A stretch of 64,000 nucleotides of DNA from Candidatus Hydrothermarchaeum profundi (lineage in GTDB: Archaea > Hydrothermarchaeota > Hydrothermarchaeia > Hydrothermarchaeales > Hydrothermarchaeaceae), in contig MTMF02000009.1 in NCBI GenBank assembly GCA_002011125.2, positions 547,095 to 611,094 on the forward strand, read 5' to 3'. The first letter of the stretch is position 1, and every line of letters starts with the position of its first letter. Below are positions 27,651 to 37,104 of this stretch, piece by piece. Both the position numbers and the translations under genes were made by a program. The notes under the pieces were generated by a model that worked only from the letters and a program-made list of their open reading frames with translations, did not search any database and had not been told where the DNA came from.

Positions 27651-27756
27651 AAGTTCCTTTTGCAGGAGTGCCTTTTTCGGTATGATACTCACATTCAGGA
27701 CATATCCATTGATTCCCTATCTTCTCAAGACGTGATCCGCAGTTGGGGCATTTCAT
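27643..27756 (-). CDS. 37-aa CPxCG zinc-ribbon microprotein (not in the ORF track)
   Basis: MKCPNCGSRLEKIGNQWICPECEYHTEKGTPAKGTFR; ATGA overlap with the archease stop. Confidence 0.75.
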   Translation of the reverse strand: MKCPNCGSRLEKIGNQWICPECEYHTEKGTPAKGTFR

Positions 27757-28169
27757 ATATCCAGTATCACTTGGGTCATCCATTTATCGTTTTTCTTAAT
27801 TTTTAGTTTATGATATGTTGCTGATTTAATTGGCGTACGAGTTTCATGTCTTGCTTGGTCTATTTCTTCGCCCTTACATACGGCTCTTACGATAAGGTTT
27901 TTTTCGTCAACAGTTACTTGGAATGATTTGAATGCCAGATTTTCCGCATCTGAATAATACAGAAGTTCATTCAGCCAGTTAAACATCAAAGACTCAAGGT
28001 CATTTCCAGTAACTTCTATTTCTCTGAAGACTTTTTCTTGTAGGTCATCAGTTTTGATCATTACCTCGAACATGGCTAGTGCGGCATTGGCGAATAATTC
28101 TGAGAGGTCTTTCCCATAGGCTCTAAACGCTACATCTGAGGTAGTTATGTCGACAAATTCAAATTTCAT
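27753..28169 (-). CDS. Archease
   Basis: TSDVAFRAYG, LESLMFNWLNELL, IKSATYH, terminal LDI. Confidence 0.93.
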   Translation of the reverse strand: MKFEFVDITTSDVAFRAYGKDLSELFANAALAMFEVMIKTDDLQEKVFREIEVTGNDLESLMFNWLNELLYYSDAENLAFKSFQVTVDEKNLIVRAVCKGEEIDQARHETRTPIKSATYHKLKIKKNDKWMTQVILDI

Positions 28170-28374
28170 ATCTAAACCAATTTAGGGTTATAGCGTGAGT
28201 AGGGCAAAATGCTGCACAGTTTCCGCAGTTAATACAATAATCTTCATCTAAAACGTATGCTTTCTTTTCTCCATTCCTATTTTCTATCTTCCATATTCTC
28301 GGTCCCTTTGGACAAACTTCATAACACTTACCACATCCAATACATTTATCCTCGTCTACTATAATACCTTTCAT
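28159..28374 (-). CDS. 2[4Fe-4S] ferredoxin
   Basis: Two CxxCxxCxxxCP motifs. Confidence 0.9.
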   Translation of the reverse strand: MKGIIVDEDKCIGCGKCYEVCPKGPRIWKIENRNGEKKAYVLDEDYCINCGNCAAFCPTHAITLNWFRYEI

Positions 28375-28401
28375 CGGAAGTCACCATTGGTAGAGGGAAT
28401 A

Positions 28402-28602
28402 CTACTGCCAGTTGATCTTTATAGCATGCGCAGGGCAAAAAGATGCACAGGTACTGCAGTTTATACAATATCCTTCGTCTATAATTGATGCTTTTCTACT
28501 ACCATTTTGGTTTTCTATCTTCCATATTCTCGGTCCCTTTGGACAAACTTCGTAGCATTTTCCGCATCCCGTGCATTTATCTATATCAACTATGATTCCC
28601 AT
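28402..28602 (-). CDS. 2[4Fe-4S] ferredoxin (tandem paralogue)
   Basis: Two CxxCxxCxxxCP motifs; shares CPKGPRIWKIEN with its neighbour. Confidence 0.9.
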   Translation of the reverse strand: MGIIVDIDKCTGCGKCYEVCPKGPRIWKIENQNGSRKASIIDEGYCINCSTCASFCPAHAIKINWQ

Positions 28603-29435
28603 TTTACTTCACCTTCAAAGACAAATTCTGCTGGACCATTCATAAACCATTCGCCTTTTTTATTTTTTTCGACATATAATGTTCCGCCTTTAGCTTCGAG
28701 TTTTATAGGCATTTCGATACTAGCTTCTCCCAATATACAGGCTATAACCGCACTAGCTACTATACCAGTTCCGCATGCTAAGGTTTCCCCTTCTACTCCT
28801 CTTTCGTAGGTTCTGACTTTAAAGGAGTTCTCTCCTACTTTTTCTAAAAGATTTACATTAGCGCCCTCCGGAAATATAGGATGAAACCGTATCGCTCTAC
28901 CTATCTTCATTAAATCAGCATGGGCAATGTCCTGCACAAATACTACTGCGTGAGGAACTCCGGTATTTACCCCGTGTATCTCTATTTCTCCGCTGTTAAT
29001 CTTTATTTTTTCTCCAAGCAACTTTCCTTCACCTAGTGCTGGTATATCTCTTCTTTCGAGTTTGGGTTTTCCCATATTCACTTTTACATACGAAATCTTT
29101 CCATTAGAAGTTATTTCAAGCTTCTTTATGCCGGCTAAGGTTTCTACTGATATCTTCTTATTGCTTTTTATTCCTGAATCTCTAACATACTTAGCCACGC
29201 ATCTAATGGCGTTACCACACATCTCAGGCTCGCTTCCGTCAGGATTAAATATCCGCATCTTAACATCAGCTACCCGAGATTTTTCTATTAAAACAAGCCC
29301 ATCAGCTCCTATGCTAAACCTTCTTCTACAAAGCTTTTTAGCTAGAGTAGACTTTTCCTCTTCCCCGATTTCTTCATTGAGATTATTAATTATTATGAAA
29401 TCGTTTCCAGCACCATGATATTTATAAAATTTCAT
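28590..29435 (-). CDS. dapF: Diaminopimelate epimerase
   Basis: KYHGAGNDF, EMCGNAIRC, GVPH, ERGVEGETLACGTG. Confidence 0.95.
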   Translation of the reverse strand: MKFYKYHGAGNDFIIINNLNEEIGEEEKSTLAKKLCRRRFSIGADGLVLIEKSRVADVKMRIFNPDGSEPEMCGNAIRCVAKYVRDSGIKSNKKISVETLAGIKKLEITSNGKISYVKVNMGKPKLERRDIPALGEGKLLGEKIKINSGEIEIHGVNTGVPHAVVFVQDIAHADLMKIGRAIRFHPIFPEGANVNLLEKVGENSFKVRTYERGVEGETLACGTGIVASAVIACILGEASIEMPIKLEAKGGTLYVEKNKKGEWFMNGPAEFVFEGEVKWES

Positions 29436-29538
29436 AAATTTTAGTGGCAATTAATCTTATAAATGCTTTCCTAGTGATCTTCGTAAGATTTTTATACTAA
29501 ATCATTCTACACATCGGTCTTCTTTTGGGTGTTTCTCT

Positions 29539-29847
29539 ATGAACATAGAACACTTTGACTCAATCGACTCCCATGAGTATTTGGTATGGGATGAAAATTA
29601 TTCTAGAATTATAGCTTCAGCCAGAATTAAAAAGATCAATGAGGGATTTGAGTTGAAGATTATAAATGTTGAAAGATGGTATAGGGGCGAAGGAGTAGGT
29701 TCAATGTTATTAAATAAAATAGTGGCTGACTTCTCCGACACTACTTTAATCGCGTGGGTATTTAGCTCTAGAGTAGAATGGTACCTGAAAAATGGATTTA
29801 AAGTAAAAGAAAGAGCAGGAAGGCTGGTTAAAGTAGAGATAGAATAG
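29539..29847 (+). CDS. GNAT family acetyltransferase
   Basis: VERWYRGEGVGSMLL, WYLKNGF. Confidence 0.8.
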   Translation: MNIEHFDSIDSHEYLVWDENYSRIIASARIKKINEGFELKIINVERWYRGEGVGSMLLNKIVADFSDTTLIAWVFSSRVEWYLKNGFKVKERAGRLVKVEIE

Positions 29848-29855
29848 ATGAATTT

Positions 29856-30059
29856 GGGTCTAGGAGGGGAAGAACATCGCTTGGTTTTATTTGCATACGC
29901 TTATTAGGCGAATGCAAACATTTTCCACACTTATTTCTTCCCGGCGAATCTCCCTGAAATGCGTCATAAGTTTTCACAAACTTTGACACACTTCCAAGAA
30001 TTCCGTCATTCCAAATCGAATATCTTTCGATATACGATTTGAAATCACCTAGATTCCCC
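29856..30059 (-). ncRNA. Unassigned structured RNA (closing stem plus three long hairpins)
   Basis: Stems TCTAGG/CCTAGA, 30009-30044 (GAAA loop), 29946-30003 (GUGA loop) and 29867-29942; G-U pairs work only on the minus strand. Confidence 0.7.
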
Positions 30060-30082
30060 TTATTCTTAGAGGGTACCTAATG

Positions 30083-30099
30083 GTATAAATAATTTTCCG
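30083..30099 (-). promoter_or_regulatory. BRE/TATA promoter for the structured RNA
   Basis: Minus strand CGGAAAATTATTTATA about 25 nt upstream of GGGG at 30059. Confidence 0.55.
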
Positions 30100-30112
30100 T
30101 AAAAGTAAAATT

Positions 30113-30853
30113 ATGAGACTCGGGAGCATTGAGGTAATAGAGCCTTACCCCGCTATATACATAAAAGAGTTGGAAGCTATTGTGATCTGTGATCTTCATC
30201 TTGGATATGAAGGAATAATGGCGGAGCAAGGGATCTTTATGCCTAAGGTTCAGTTTGAAAGAGAAATGGAAATTCTTTCTAAAATCGTTGATTATAAGTC
30301 TGCGTCCAATTTTATTATTGTAGGGGATGTGAAGCACGAATTTTCTGAAACAACATACCATGAATTCAGGGAGGTCAAGGACCTTTTTGAATATTTGAAA
30401 AACAATTTTGAGAGGATCGTCCTAGTAAAAGGGAATCATGATAATTATATTATTTATACTACGAGGAGGTATGGGGTAGAACTCTATGACGAGTTTCTTT
30501 TTAAAGATTTTCTATTTTTGCATGGTGATAAGCCCTTGAAAGAAACTAAAGGCAGGTATATAATAATGGGACATGAGCATCCAGCAATCGCTCTTTATGA
30601 TGAAATAGGGGCAAAGGAAAAACTTAAATGCTTTTTGTACGGGGAAGTGGAGGCAAGGAAATTTTTGGTAATGCCAGCTTTTTCTTATTTAGCCTTAGGC
30701 TCTGAGGTTAATACTATACCCCGAGAGGAGCTTCTTTCCCCAATACTCAAAGAATTGGAGATTGATGACTTTAGAGTAATAGCTATTAGTGAGGAAGCAG
30801 GAATAATGGATTTCGGCAGGTTAGGGGATATTAGGCCAGAAAAATTATTCTAA
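30113..30853 (+). CDS. Metallophosphoesterase (COG1407-like)
   Basis: DLHLG, GDVKH, GNHD, HGD, GHEHP, MPAF. Confidence 0.9.
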   Translation: MRLGSIEVIEPYPAIYIKELEAIVICDLHLGYEGIMAEQGIFMPKVQFEREMEILSKIVDYKSASNFIIVGDVKHEFSETTYHEFREVKDLFEYLKNNFERIVLVKGNHDNYIIYTTRRYGVELYDEFLFKDFLFLHGDKPLKETKGRYIIMGHEHPAIALYDEIGAKEKLKCFLYGEVEARKFLVMPAFSYLALGSEVNTIPREELLSPILKELEIDDFRVIAISEEAGIMDFGRLGDIRPEKLF

Positions 30854-31669
30854 AATTAAATCAACAACTTCGGAGATATTCCTAACCTCTATCAGATCAA
30901 TTCCTTCTATGAATCTCTTCTGGCCTCTGGGAACTAATATGATCTTGGCACCATATTCTTTAGCTGCGAGGGCTTTTTTTGTTACATGTGCTACACTCAG
31001 TATTTCTCCATTTTCATTTATTCCCCCAGTAACCATAATTCCTTCTTTTAGAGTTTTATTTTTTAGTGCAGCTATAAGAGCTACTGTCATTATGGTACCA
31101 GCACTGCTACCAGTAAGGGTTAGAGTATTATTGTAGGGATTTGAAACATGAAATATTACGTTGTATTTTGAGATTTCTTCTCCAGTAAAATTCTGGGCAA
31201 CTTTTAAAGAAATTCTCATAGTATTTTGAAAGTCCTTGGTAAAAGATACATTAGATGCATCTAGTAGCAGTTCGCCGCTTCCATATTCAAGCTTTGTTTC
31301 TAAGGGCAGAACTATCCCGGTATTAGTATCGGTTTTAACGCCTAGGATGTATGCTTTTACTATCCTCGAAAAGTTAAGGGTTTCTATAATTTCCTTTTGC
31401 TTCGAGATAGAGGCATTGAGTGCAGTAAGAGTAGCTATGACTCTTTTTAGCTCAGCTTCAGTCTTATTAAGTTCCAATTCAGATTCTTTATAATTTTTTT
31501 CTAATGCTTCAAGGCGATGCAGAGCCTCTTCATACGTTTCTTTTAAATCTTGAAAATCCGATCTAAGAGCCTTAAGTTCTTCTTTACTAGAAGCACTGTT
31601 TTTAAATTGAATGAGATTAGCGGTAACTGAAAGCAAAAGCAATAATATTAGTATCTGAGTTGTTTTCAT
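30845..31669 (-). CDS. Membrane-anchored or secreted Lon-like S16 protease domain with a coiled coil
   Basis: Signal/TM, heptads, TGSSAG (Ser), VTGGI, VTKKALAA (Lys), ILVP. Confidence 0.8.
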   Translation of the reverse strand: MKTTQILILLLLLSVTANLIQFKNSASSKEELKALRSDFQDLKETYEEALHRLEALEKNYKESELELNKTEAELKRVIATLTALNASISKQKEIIETLNFSRIVKAYILGVKTDTNTGIVLPLETKLEYGSGELLLDASNVSFTKDFQNTMRISLKVAQNFTGEEISKYNVIFHVSNPYNNTLTLTGSSAGTIMTVALIAALKNKTLKEGIMVTGGINENGEILSVAHVTKKALAAKEYGAKIILVPRGQKRFIEGIDLIEVRNISEVVDLILE

Positions 31670-32697
31670 GATTTAAACGCTTTTTCTATACTCTCTTCGA
31701 AGGGCGGTTTTAAAACACCTTTATCTGTTATTATCCCTGTTATATATTCATTGGGAGTTACATCAAATGCAGGATTCAAAATTCCCACGCCATCTGGGGC
31801 TACTCTTTTATTATTAAAGAACTTTATCTCTCTAGGGTTTCGATATTCAATAGGTATCTCCTCGCCAGTTGCGATGCCTACGTCAATCGTGGATAGTGGA
31901 GCAGCCACATAGAAGGGTATTCCATGTTCTTTGGCTAATATCGCTATGCCGTAGGTTCCTATCTTATTAGCTGTATCTCCGTTCCTAGCAATTCTATCAG
32001 CTCCAACGATTACCTTCGTAACTCCAAGATTCTTCATGGCAAAGGCAGCCATATTATCGCATATTAAATCGACTGGAATCTCTTCGGCAACCATTTCAAA
32101 CGTTGTCAATCGGGCTCCCTGTAATAATGGCCGAGTTTCATCAGCTATAACTTTTATCTTTTTTCCCTGTTTCCATGCCGTCTTGATTACCCCGAGTGCT
32201 GTCCCTATACCGGTTGTAGCTAGTCCTCCTGCATTACAATGAGTAAGAACTACATCTCCATCTTCTAATAAGTCAGCTCCATACTCGCCTATCCGCTTAT
32301 CAGATATCTTGGTTTCATCATGAATTCTCAGCGCTTCTTTAACTGTTTCAGCAGCTATATTTTTAGAGGATTCAGCTCTTTTAATCACTCTATCCAGCGC
32401 CCAAAATAAGTTTACGGCTGTTGGTCTTGTTTTCTTCAACCTATCGTAGGATTTCTTTAATTCTATGAGAAGGATTTCACTAGGCTTATCTGCATTTTTT
32501 ATGGCAGTAATAGCCATACCCAAAGCTGCTGCAACTCCGATAGCAGGAGCTCCTCTTATCCTTAAATTTTCAATAGCTTCAGCAATACATTCTACGTCTT
32601 CGCACTCTATATACTTGACCTCAGTAGGGAGGAGCGTTTGGTCTAATATAATAACACTAGAATCTTTTAACTCGATTACTTTCAAGCCTATCACCAC
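31666..32697 (-). CDS. mtnA: S-methyl-5-thioribose-1-phosphate isomerase
   Basis: LDQTLLP, RGAPAIG, RPTAVNL, THCNAG, ETRPLLQGARLT, NKIGTY. Confidence 0.95.
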   Translation of the reverse strand: MVIGLKVIELKDSSVIILDQTLLPTEVKYIECEDVECIAEAIENLRIRGAPAIGVAAALGMAITAIKNADKPSEILLIELKKSYDRLKKTRPTAVNLFWALDRVIKRAESSKNIAAETVKEALRIHDETKISDKRIGEYGADLLEDGDVVLTHCNAGGLATTGIGTALGVIKTAWKQGKKIKVIADETRPLLQGARLTTFEMVAEEIPVDLICDNMAAFAMKNLGVTKVIVGADRIARNGDTANKIGTYGIAILAKEHGIPFYVAAPLSTIDVGIATGEEIPIEYRNPREIKFFNNKRVAPDGVGILNPAFDVTPNEYITGIITDKGVLKPPFEESIEKAFKS

Positions 32698-32733
32698 AAA
32701 CCTTTTTTATTGATATCTCTGTATTTATAGGCT

Positions 32734-33387
32734 ATGGAACTGGTGGGGATATCAGTCTTCGCAGCTGATAGAAAAGGCCTGTTAAGAGACATAACAACGG
32801 TAATAGCCAAGCATGGAGGTAATATAAGGTATATACAGCAGTTCCCCATGGATGAGGAAGTGCAAATCTATTTTGAGCTTGAGGATATAAAGGACTTTGA
32901 GTCTTTAATCTCAGATCTTAATAAAGTTGAAAGTGTTATCTTGGTAGAAAAGACACGCTCATTTGAAAGCATTTATGGTAAACGAGTGATAGTTATTGGG
33001 GGTGGAGCTCAGGTCGCGCAAGTCGTGCTGGGTGCTGTTAGTGAGGCGGACAGGCATAATATTAGAGGCGAGAGAATAAGCGTAGATACTATACCATTAG
33101 TCGGTGAAGAAAAGCTAGCGGAAGCCATTAGGGCTGTTGGAAGGCTTCATAGGGCGGCTATCCTAGTATTAGCGGGTTCAATAATGGGAGGTGAAGTCAC
33201 TAAAGCTGTGAAAGAACTGCGCGAGGATCATGGCATCCCCGTGATCTCGCTAAATATGGCTGGAGGCGTTACAAAAGTGTGCGACCTTGTTGTCACAGAT
33301 CCGGTCCAAGCAGGAGTTATGGCTGTTATGACAGTAGCTGATACGGCTAGCTTTGATATTAATAAGGTGAGGGGGAAAAAATTCTGA
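32734..33387 (+). CDS. ACT-domain protein (DUF5612 family)
   Basis: N-terminal ACT domain; [34 protein letters not shown]. Confidence 0.85.
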   Translation: MELVGISVFAADRKGLLRDITTVIAKHGGNIRYIQQFPMDEEVQIYFELEDIKDFESLISDLNKVESVILVEKTRSFESIYGKRVIVIGGGAQVAQVVLGAVSEADRHNIRGERISVDTIPLVGEEKLAEAIRAVGRLHRAAILVLAGSIMGGEVTKAVKELREDHGIPVISLNMAGGVTKVCDLVVTDPVQAGVMAVMTVADTASFDINKVRGKKF

Positions 33388-33398
33388 AGCAAAAACTT

Positions 33399-34169
33399 TT
33401 GAAATGGTTCGAAGATAAAGACGGAGCCGTAATAGCATTCTCTGGCGGGGTAGATAGCTCAGTTGTAGCAAAGGCGGCCAAAGAAGTTTTGGGTGGAAGG
33501 GCTATCGCTGTAACTTCTTTTTCACCTACATTTCCAAAATGGGAAGCAGAGTTAGCTAAAAAAGTTGCCATGGAAATAGGCATTAGATTGGAGATAGTAA
33601 ATGAAAATGAGCTGGAAAACCCGATGTTTGTTAGAAACCCGCCTAATAGGTGTTATTACTGTAGAAAAGGTCTTATCGAGGAGATAAAGAAGGTGGCGGA
33701 TGAGAATGGCATATCTCTAATTGTAGATGGTGCGAATTATGATGATATTAAGGAACATAGACCTGGTTTAAAGGCTATGAGAGAAGCTGGCGTCAGAAGT
33801 CCTCTAATTGAGCTTAAGTTAGGGAAAGAGGAAGTACGGGAGATCGCTAGAGAGTTTGGGCTTTCGGTAATGGATAAGCCTTCAATGGCGTGTCTTGCTT
33901 CTCGTATTCCTTATGGAGAATCTATTACGGGTTTTAAGTTAAAGAGAGTGGAAATGGCGGAGGATTTTTTAAGATCCATGGGAATTAAGCAATTAAGAGT
34001 TCGAAGTCATAAAAATACCGCTAGAATTGAAGTTTCTAATGGAGATGTTCTACGGGTGCTGGAGAATAGAGAAAAGATATTAAATAGGCTAACTCAGCTA
34101 GGTTTTGCCTATGTTACCCTCGATCTTGAAGGATATCGATCTGGCAGTATGGATGAAGTTTTAAAATAA
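33399..34169 (+). CDS. larE: ATP-dependent sulfur transferase LarE family
   Basis: PP-loop AFSGGVDS, RCYYCR, RPG, KPSMACLASRI, GYRSGSM. Confidence 0.9.
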   Translation: MKWFEDKDGAVIAFSGGVDSSVVAKAAKEVLGGRAIAVTSFSPTFPKWEAELAKKVAMEIGIRLEIVNENELENPMFVRNPPNRCYYCRKGLIEEIKKVADENGISLIVDGANYDDIKEHRPGLKAMREAGVRSPLIELKLGKEEVREIAREFGLSVMDKPSMACLASRIPYGESITGFKLKRVEMAEDFLRSMGIKQLRVRSHKNTARIEVSNGDVLRVLENREKILNRLTQLGFAYVTLDLEGYRSGSMDEVLK

Positions 34170-34286
34170 TTCTACGATAAAATTACAATTTTGCACATGT
34201 TTATTTTTTGTAGTCGAAAATATTCTCAAAATTTCGTTTGGTATTGTTCAACAGAAATAATTTATTACTAGAAATAATATTTTCAC

Positions 34287-34302
34287 CGAAAAATATTTAT
34301 AA
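34287..34302 (+). promoter_or_regulatory. BRE/TATA promoter of the sulfur-relay operon
   Basis: CGAAAAATATTTATAA about 30 nt before ATG 34332. Confidence 0.6.
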
Positions 34303-34331
34303 TAAGACATAAAGCGGTATTAGTGATTCTT

Positions 34332-35570
34332 ATGATCGTCGGATTAAAATGTAGAAATTGCGGTAAGAGGTATCCCGAAGAGCCTGTAAGCATCTGTGAG
34401 GATTGCTTTGGGCCACTAGAGGTTGAATACGACTACGAGAAAATTAAAGAATCTTTGAGTATAGAGAAGATAGAGAAAGGACCTAACACGCTCTGGAGAT
34501 ATAAAGATTTACTACCAGTAAAAAGCAAGGTCGTAGATTTAAAGGCAGGCTTTACGCCTCTTCATAAGGCGGATAATCTTGCTGAAGAACTCGGTTTAAA
34601 AGAGCTTTATATTAAAAATGACTCTGTTAATCCTACTTTTTCATTTAAGGATAGGGTGGTATCAGTCGCAGTTTCTAAAGCCTTAGAGTTTGGTTTCGAT
34701 ACAGTGGGGTGTGCTTCTACAGGGAATCTAGCAAATTCTGTCGCAGCTCATGCAGCGAAAGCTAAGTTAAAATGTTATATTTTTATACCTGCTGATCTGA
34801 ATTTGGGAAAAATTATTCAAACCCTAGTTTACGGTCCGAACTTAATAGGGGTAAAGGGGAATTATGACGAAGTAAACCGACTTTGCACAGAGATCGCAGG
34901 CTATTATGACTGGGGTTTTGTTAATATAAATTTACGGCCCTACTACGCAGAGGGCTCTAAGACATTAGGCTATGAAGTTGCTGAGCAGCTAGGATGGACT
35001 ACTCCAGATAGAATTGTAGTGCCGGTAGCATCAGGGTCTCTCTTAACCAAAATATGGAAAGGTTTCAATGAGTTGGTTGAAGTTGATATCATAGATGAAG
35101 TTAAAACAAGAGTTACGGCTGCACAGGCACAAGGATGTTCTCCAGTGGTTACTGCATTTCTAACAAACAGTGAGGTGAAGCCTGTAAGGCCTAATACTAT
35201 CGAAAAGAGTCTCGCAATAGGTAATCCTGCTGACGGCTATTATGCCGTTAAAGTGCTTAAAGAATCTATGGGCACTGCAGGTGCGGCGTCAGATGAAGAA
35301 ATTATAGATGGTATAAAGCTCTTAGCAAAGACTGAGGGCATATTCACAGAGACGGCCGGGGGAGTCGTTGTAGGCACATTAAAGAAACTTGTTGAAAATG
35401 GTGAAATCGATAAAGATGAGAGAGTTGTAATATACATTACTGGCAATGGGTTAAAGACTCAAGACGTATTGGCAGATTATCTGCCTTCACTTATTAAGAT
35501 AAATCCAGATCTTAATGAATTCAATGAACTTTTGAAAAAAAAGACTACTGTAAAGGAGGTGGCTATTTAA
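34332..35570 (+). CDS. Threonine synthase-like PLP enzyme (MoaD-associated clade)
   Basis: N-terminal CxxC/CxxC, NPTFSFKDR, ASTGNLA, RPYYAEGSKT, TGNGLK. Confidence 0.88.
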   Translation: MIVGLKCRNCGKRYPEEPVSICEDCFGPLEVEYDYEKIKESLSIEKIEKGPNTLWRYKDLLPVKSKVVDLKAGFTPLHKADNLAEELGLKELYIKNDSVNPTFSFKDRVVSVAVSKALEFGFDTVGCASTGNLANSVAAHAAKAKLKCYIFIPADLNLGKIIQTLVYGPNLIGVKGNYDEVNRLCTEIAGYYDWGFVNINLRPYYAEGSKTLGYEVAEQLGWTTPDRIVVPVASGSLLTKIWKGFNELVEVDIIDEVKTRVTAAQAQGCSPVVTAFLTNSEVKPVRPNTIEKSLAIGNPADGYYAVKVLKESMGTAGAASDEEIIDGIKLLAKTEGIFTETAGGVVVGTLKKLVENGEIDKDERVVIYITGNGLKTQDVLADYLPSLIKINPDLNEFNELLKKKTTVKEVAI

Positions 35571-35839
35571 TGGCTATTGTTAGGCTTGCTACTCCCCTGC
35601 GGAAATATAGTCAGGGAAAGCCTGAGATTACAGCTCCGGGGAAAACTTTGAAAGAGGTTATTATGAACATAGATTCTGCTAGCCCGGGTTTTGCTGAAAA
35701 AATCTTAGAAAATGACGAGATAAAGAGATTTGTAAATATCTATGTGAATAATGAGGATGTAAGGTTAGGGGATGGGTTGAATACAAAAGTGGGAGAAAAA
35801 GATACTATCTCTATACTTCCAGCAGTATCAGGTGGTTAA
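35570..35839 (+). CDS. Ubiquitin-like sulfur carrier (MoaD/ThiS/SAMP/CysO family)
   Basis: FVNIYVNNED and C-terminal ILPAVSGG. Confidence 0.93.
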   Translation: MAIVRLATPLRKYSQGKPEITAPGKTLKEVIMNIDSASPGFAEKILENDEIKRFVNIYVNNEDVRLGDGLNTKVGEKDTISILPAVSGG

Positions 35840-35842
35840 CTA

Positions 35843-36331
35843 ATGGTACTCATTTATAGTACACCTATCGAAAAGTGGGAATGTGCGTATAAGGAATGCG
35901 GAGCCAAATGTTGTACAGGCGGTAGAGAAGTTACTGCCGGGGATATAAGAAGGATAGCAAGGGCTACCGGACTTAAGCCGGAAAAGTTTGTGCATTTAGA
36001 GGATGAGAAAGGACTTTTCAGGTTAAAAAATGGTGATAGATGCGTATTCCTTAATGACGACTACTCGTGCCGTTTGCATAAAAGGGGAGTCAAGCCAATA
36101 TTCTGCCGTATGTACCCCTTTAAATTTGAAGGAGTTATTTATGCGGATGAAATAGTCCTTAAGGTTAAAGTCACGGATAACTGCCCTGGAATCGGTAGGG
36201 GACATAAGATTGGGGAAGATTTGGAGGCTACTATAGAAGAACTTGGGAATAAATTTGTAAACGAGATAAAAGATTTCTTAAGATTAAAGGGAGAAGGGTT
36301 GTCAAATGAGTCTATCATTGGAAGAGATTAA
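35843..36331 (+). CDS. YkgJ family cysteine-cluster (Zn/Fe-S) protein
   Basis: CAYKECGAKCC, CVFL, KPIFCRMYPF, CPGIG. Confidence 0.85.
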   Translation: MVLIYSTPIEKWECAYKECGAKCCTGGREVTAGDIRRIARATGLKPEKFVHLEDEKGLFRLKNGDRCVFLNDDYSCRLHKRGVKPIFCRMYPFKFEGVIYADEIVLKVKVTDNCPGIGRGHKIGEDLEATIEELGNKFVNEIKDFLRLKGEGLSNESIIGRD

Positions 36332-37103
36332 AAGGTATAGCAGGCAACTCGTGTTGCCGGACTTTGGTAGTAGAGAGCAGAATAGGCTTAAAAAAGCCAA
36401 GGTAGCTGTTACTGGCGCTGGAGGACTTGGATGCCCGATATCAACTTACTTGACCTTAGCAGGCGTAGGAAGAATCGACATAATTGACATGGATAAGCTA
36501 GATCTTACTAATTTGAACAGACAATTTCTGTATAGTGTTGAGGATATAGGAAAGCCTAAGGCTGAACTGGCTGCTAAGCGTTTGAGCGAGATAAATCCAG
36601 AGATAGAAATCAATGGTATCACAGAAATGATAACGTACGATAACGCGTTTGACCTCCTTAAAGGATACGATGCGGTAGTTGATGGAACAGATAATTTTCC
36701 GGTTAGATATGCGGTTAATGATGCGTGTGCGGTTAACAGAGTACCTCTCTTCCATGGAGCAGTGCTGATGTATGAGGGCCGGGCTATGAGCATAATTCCT
36801 AAGGAAACTGCATGTTTTAGATGCGTTTTTCCAGAAGCACCGCCTGCAGGTACAGTGCCCACTTGTAGGGAAGCCGGCGTTATAGGCGCAATGACAGGAA
36901 TGGTTGGAGCTATTCAAGCATTAGAGGCGATAAGATATCTTGCTGGAAAAGAGATAGCCCTTAAGAATACACTATTGGTTATAAATGCCGATACTATGGA
37001 TTTCGATAAGATCAAGGTAACTAGAAAGGAAGATTGTACTGCATGCGGCGAGAAATTTATCGCTAAGCCTGTAGTTTATGTTTGCGAAGATGAGGGAAAC
37101 TAA
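36306..37103 (+). CDS. MoeB/ThiF/UbaA E1-like adenylyltransferase
   Basis: RYSRQ, GAGGLG, NLNRQ, DGTDNF, CFRC, catalytic TCREAG, CTAC. Confidence 0.93.
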   Translation: MSLSLEEIKRYSRQLVLPDFGSREQNRLKKAKVAVTGAGGLGCPISTYLTLAGVGRIDIIDMDKLDLTNLNRQFLYSVEDIGKPKAELAAKRLSEINPEIEINGITEMITYDNAFDLLKGYDAVVDGTDNFPVRYAVNDACAVNRVPLFHGAVLMYEGRAMSIIPKETACFRCVFPEAPPAGTVPTCREAGVIGAMTGMVGAIQALEAIRYLAGKEIALKNTLLVINADTMDFDKIKVTRKEDCTACGEKFIAKPVVYVCEDEGN

Positions 37104-37104
37104 A

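Noticed and set aside
29856-30059. RNase P RNA, SRP RNA or SECIS
   Set aside because: No GAGGAAAGUCC P4 motif, no SRP helix-8 motif and no adjacent gene with an in-frame UGA.
29828-30076. Open minus-strand frame across the structured RNA
   Set aside because: No start codon after the upstream TAG and no family motif; the RNA structure explains the region better.
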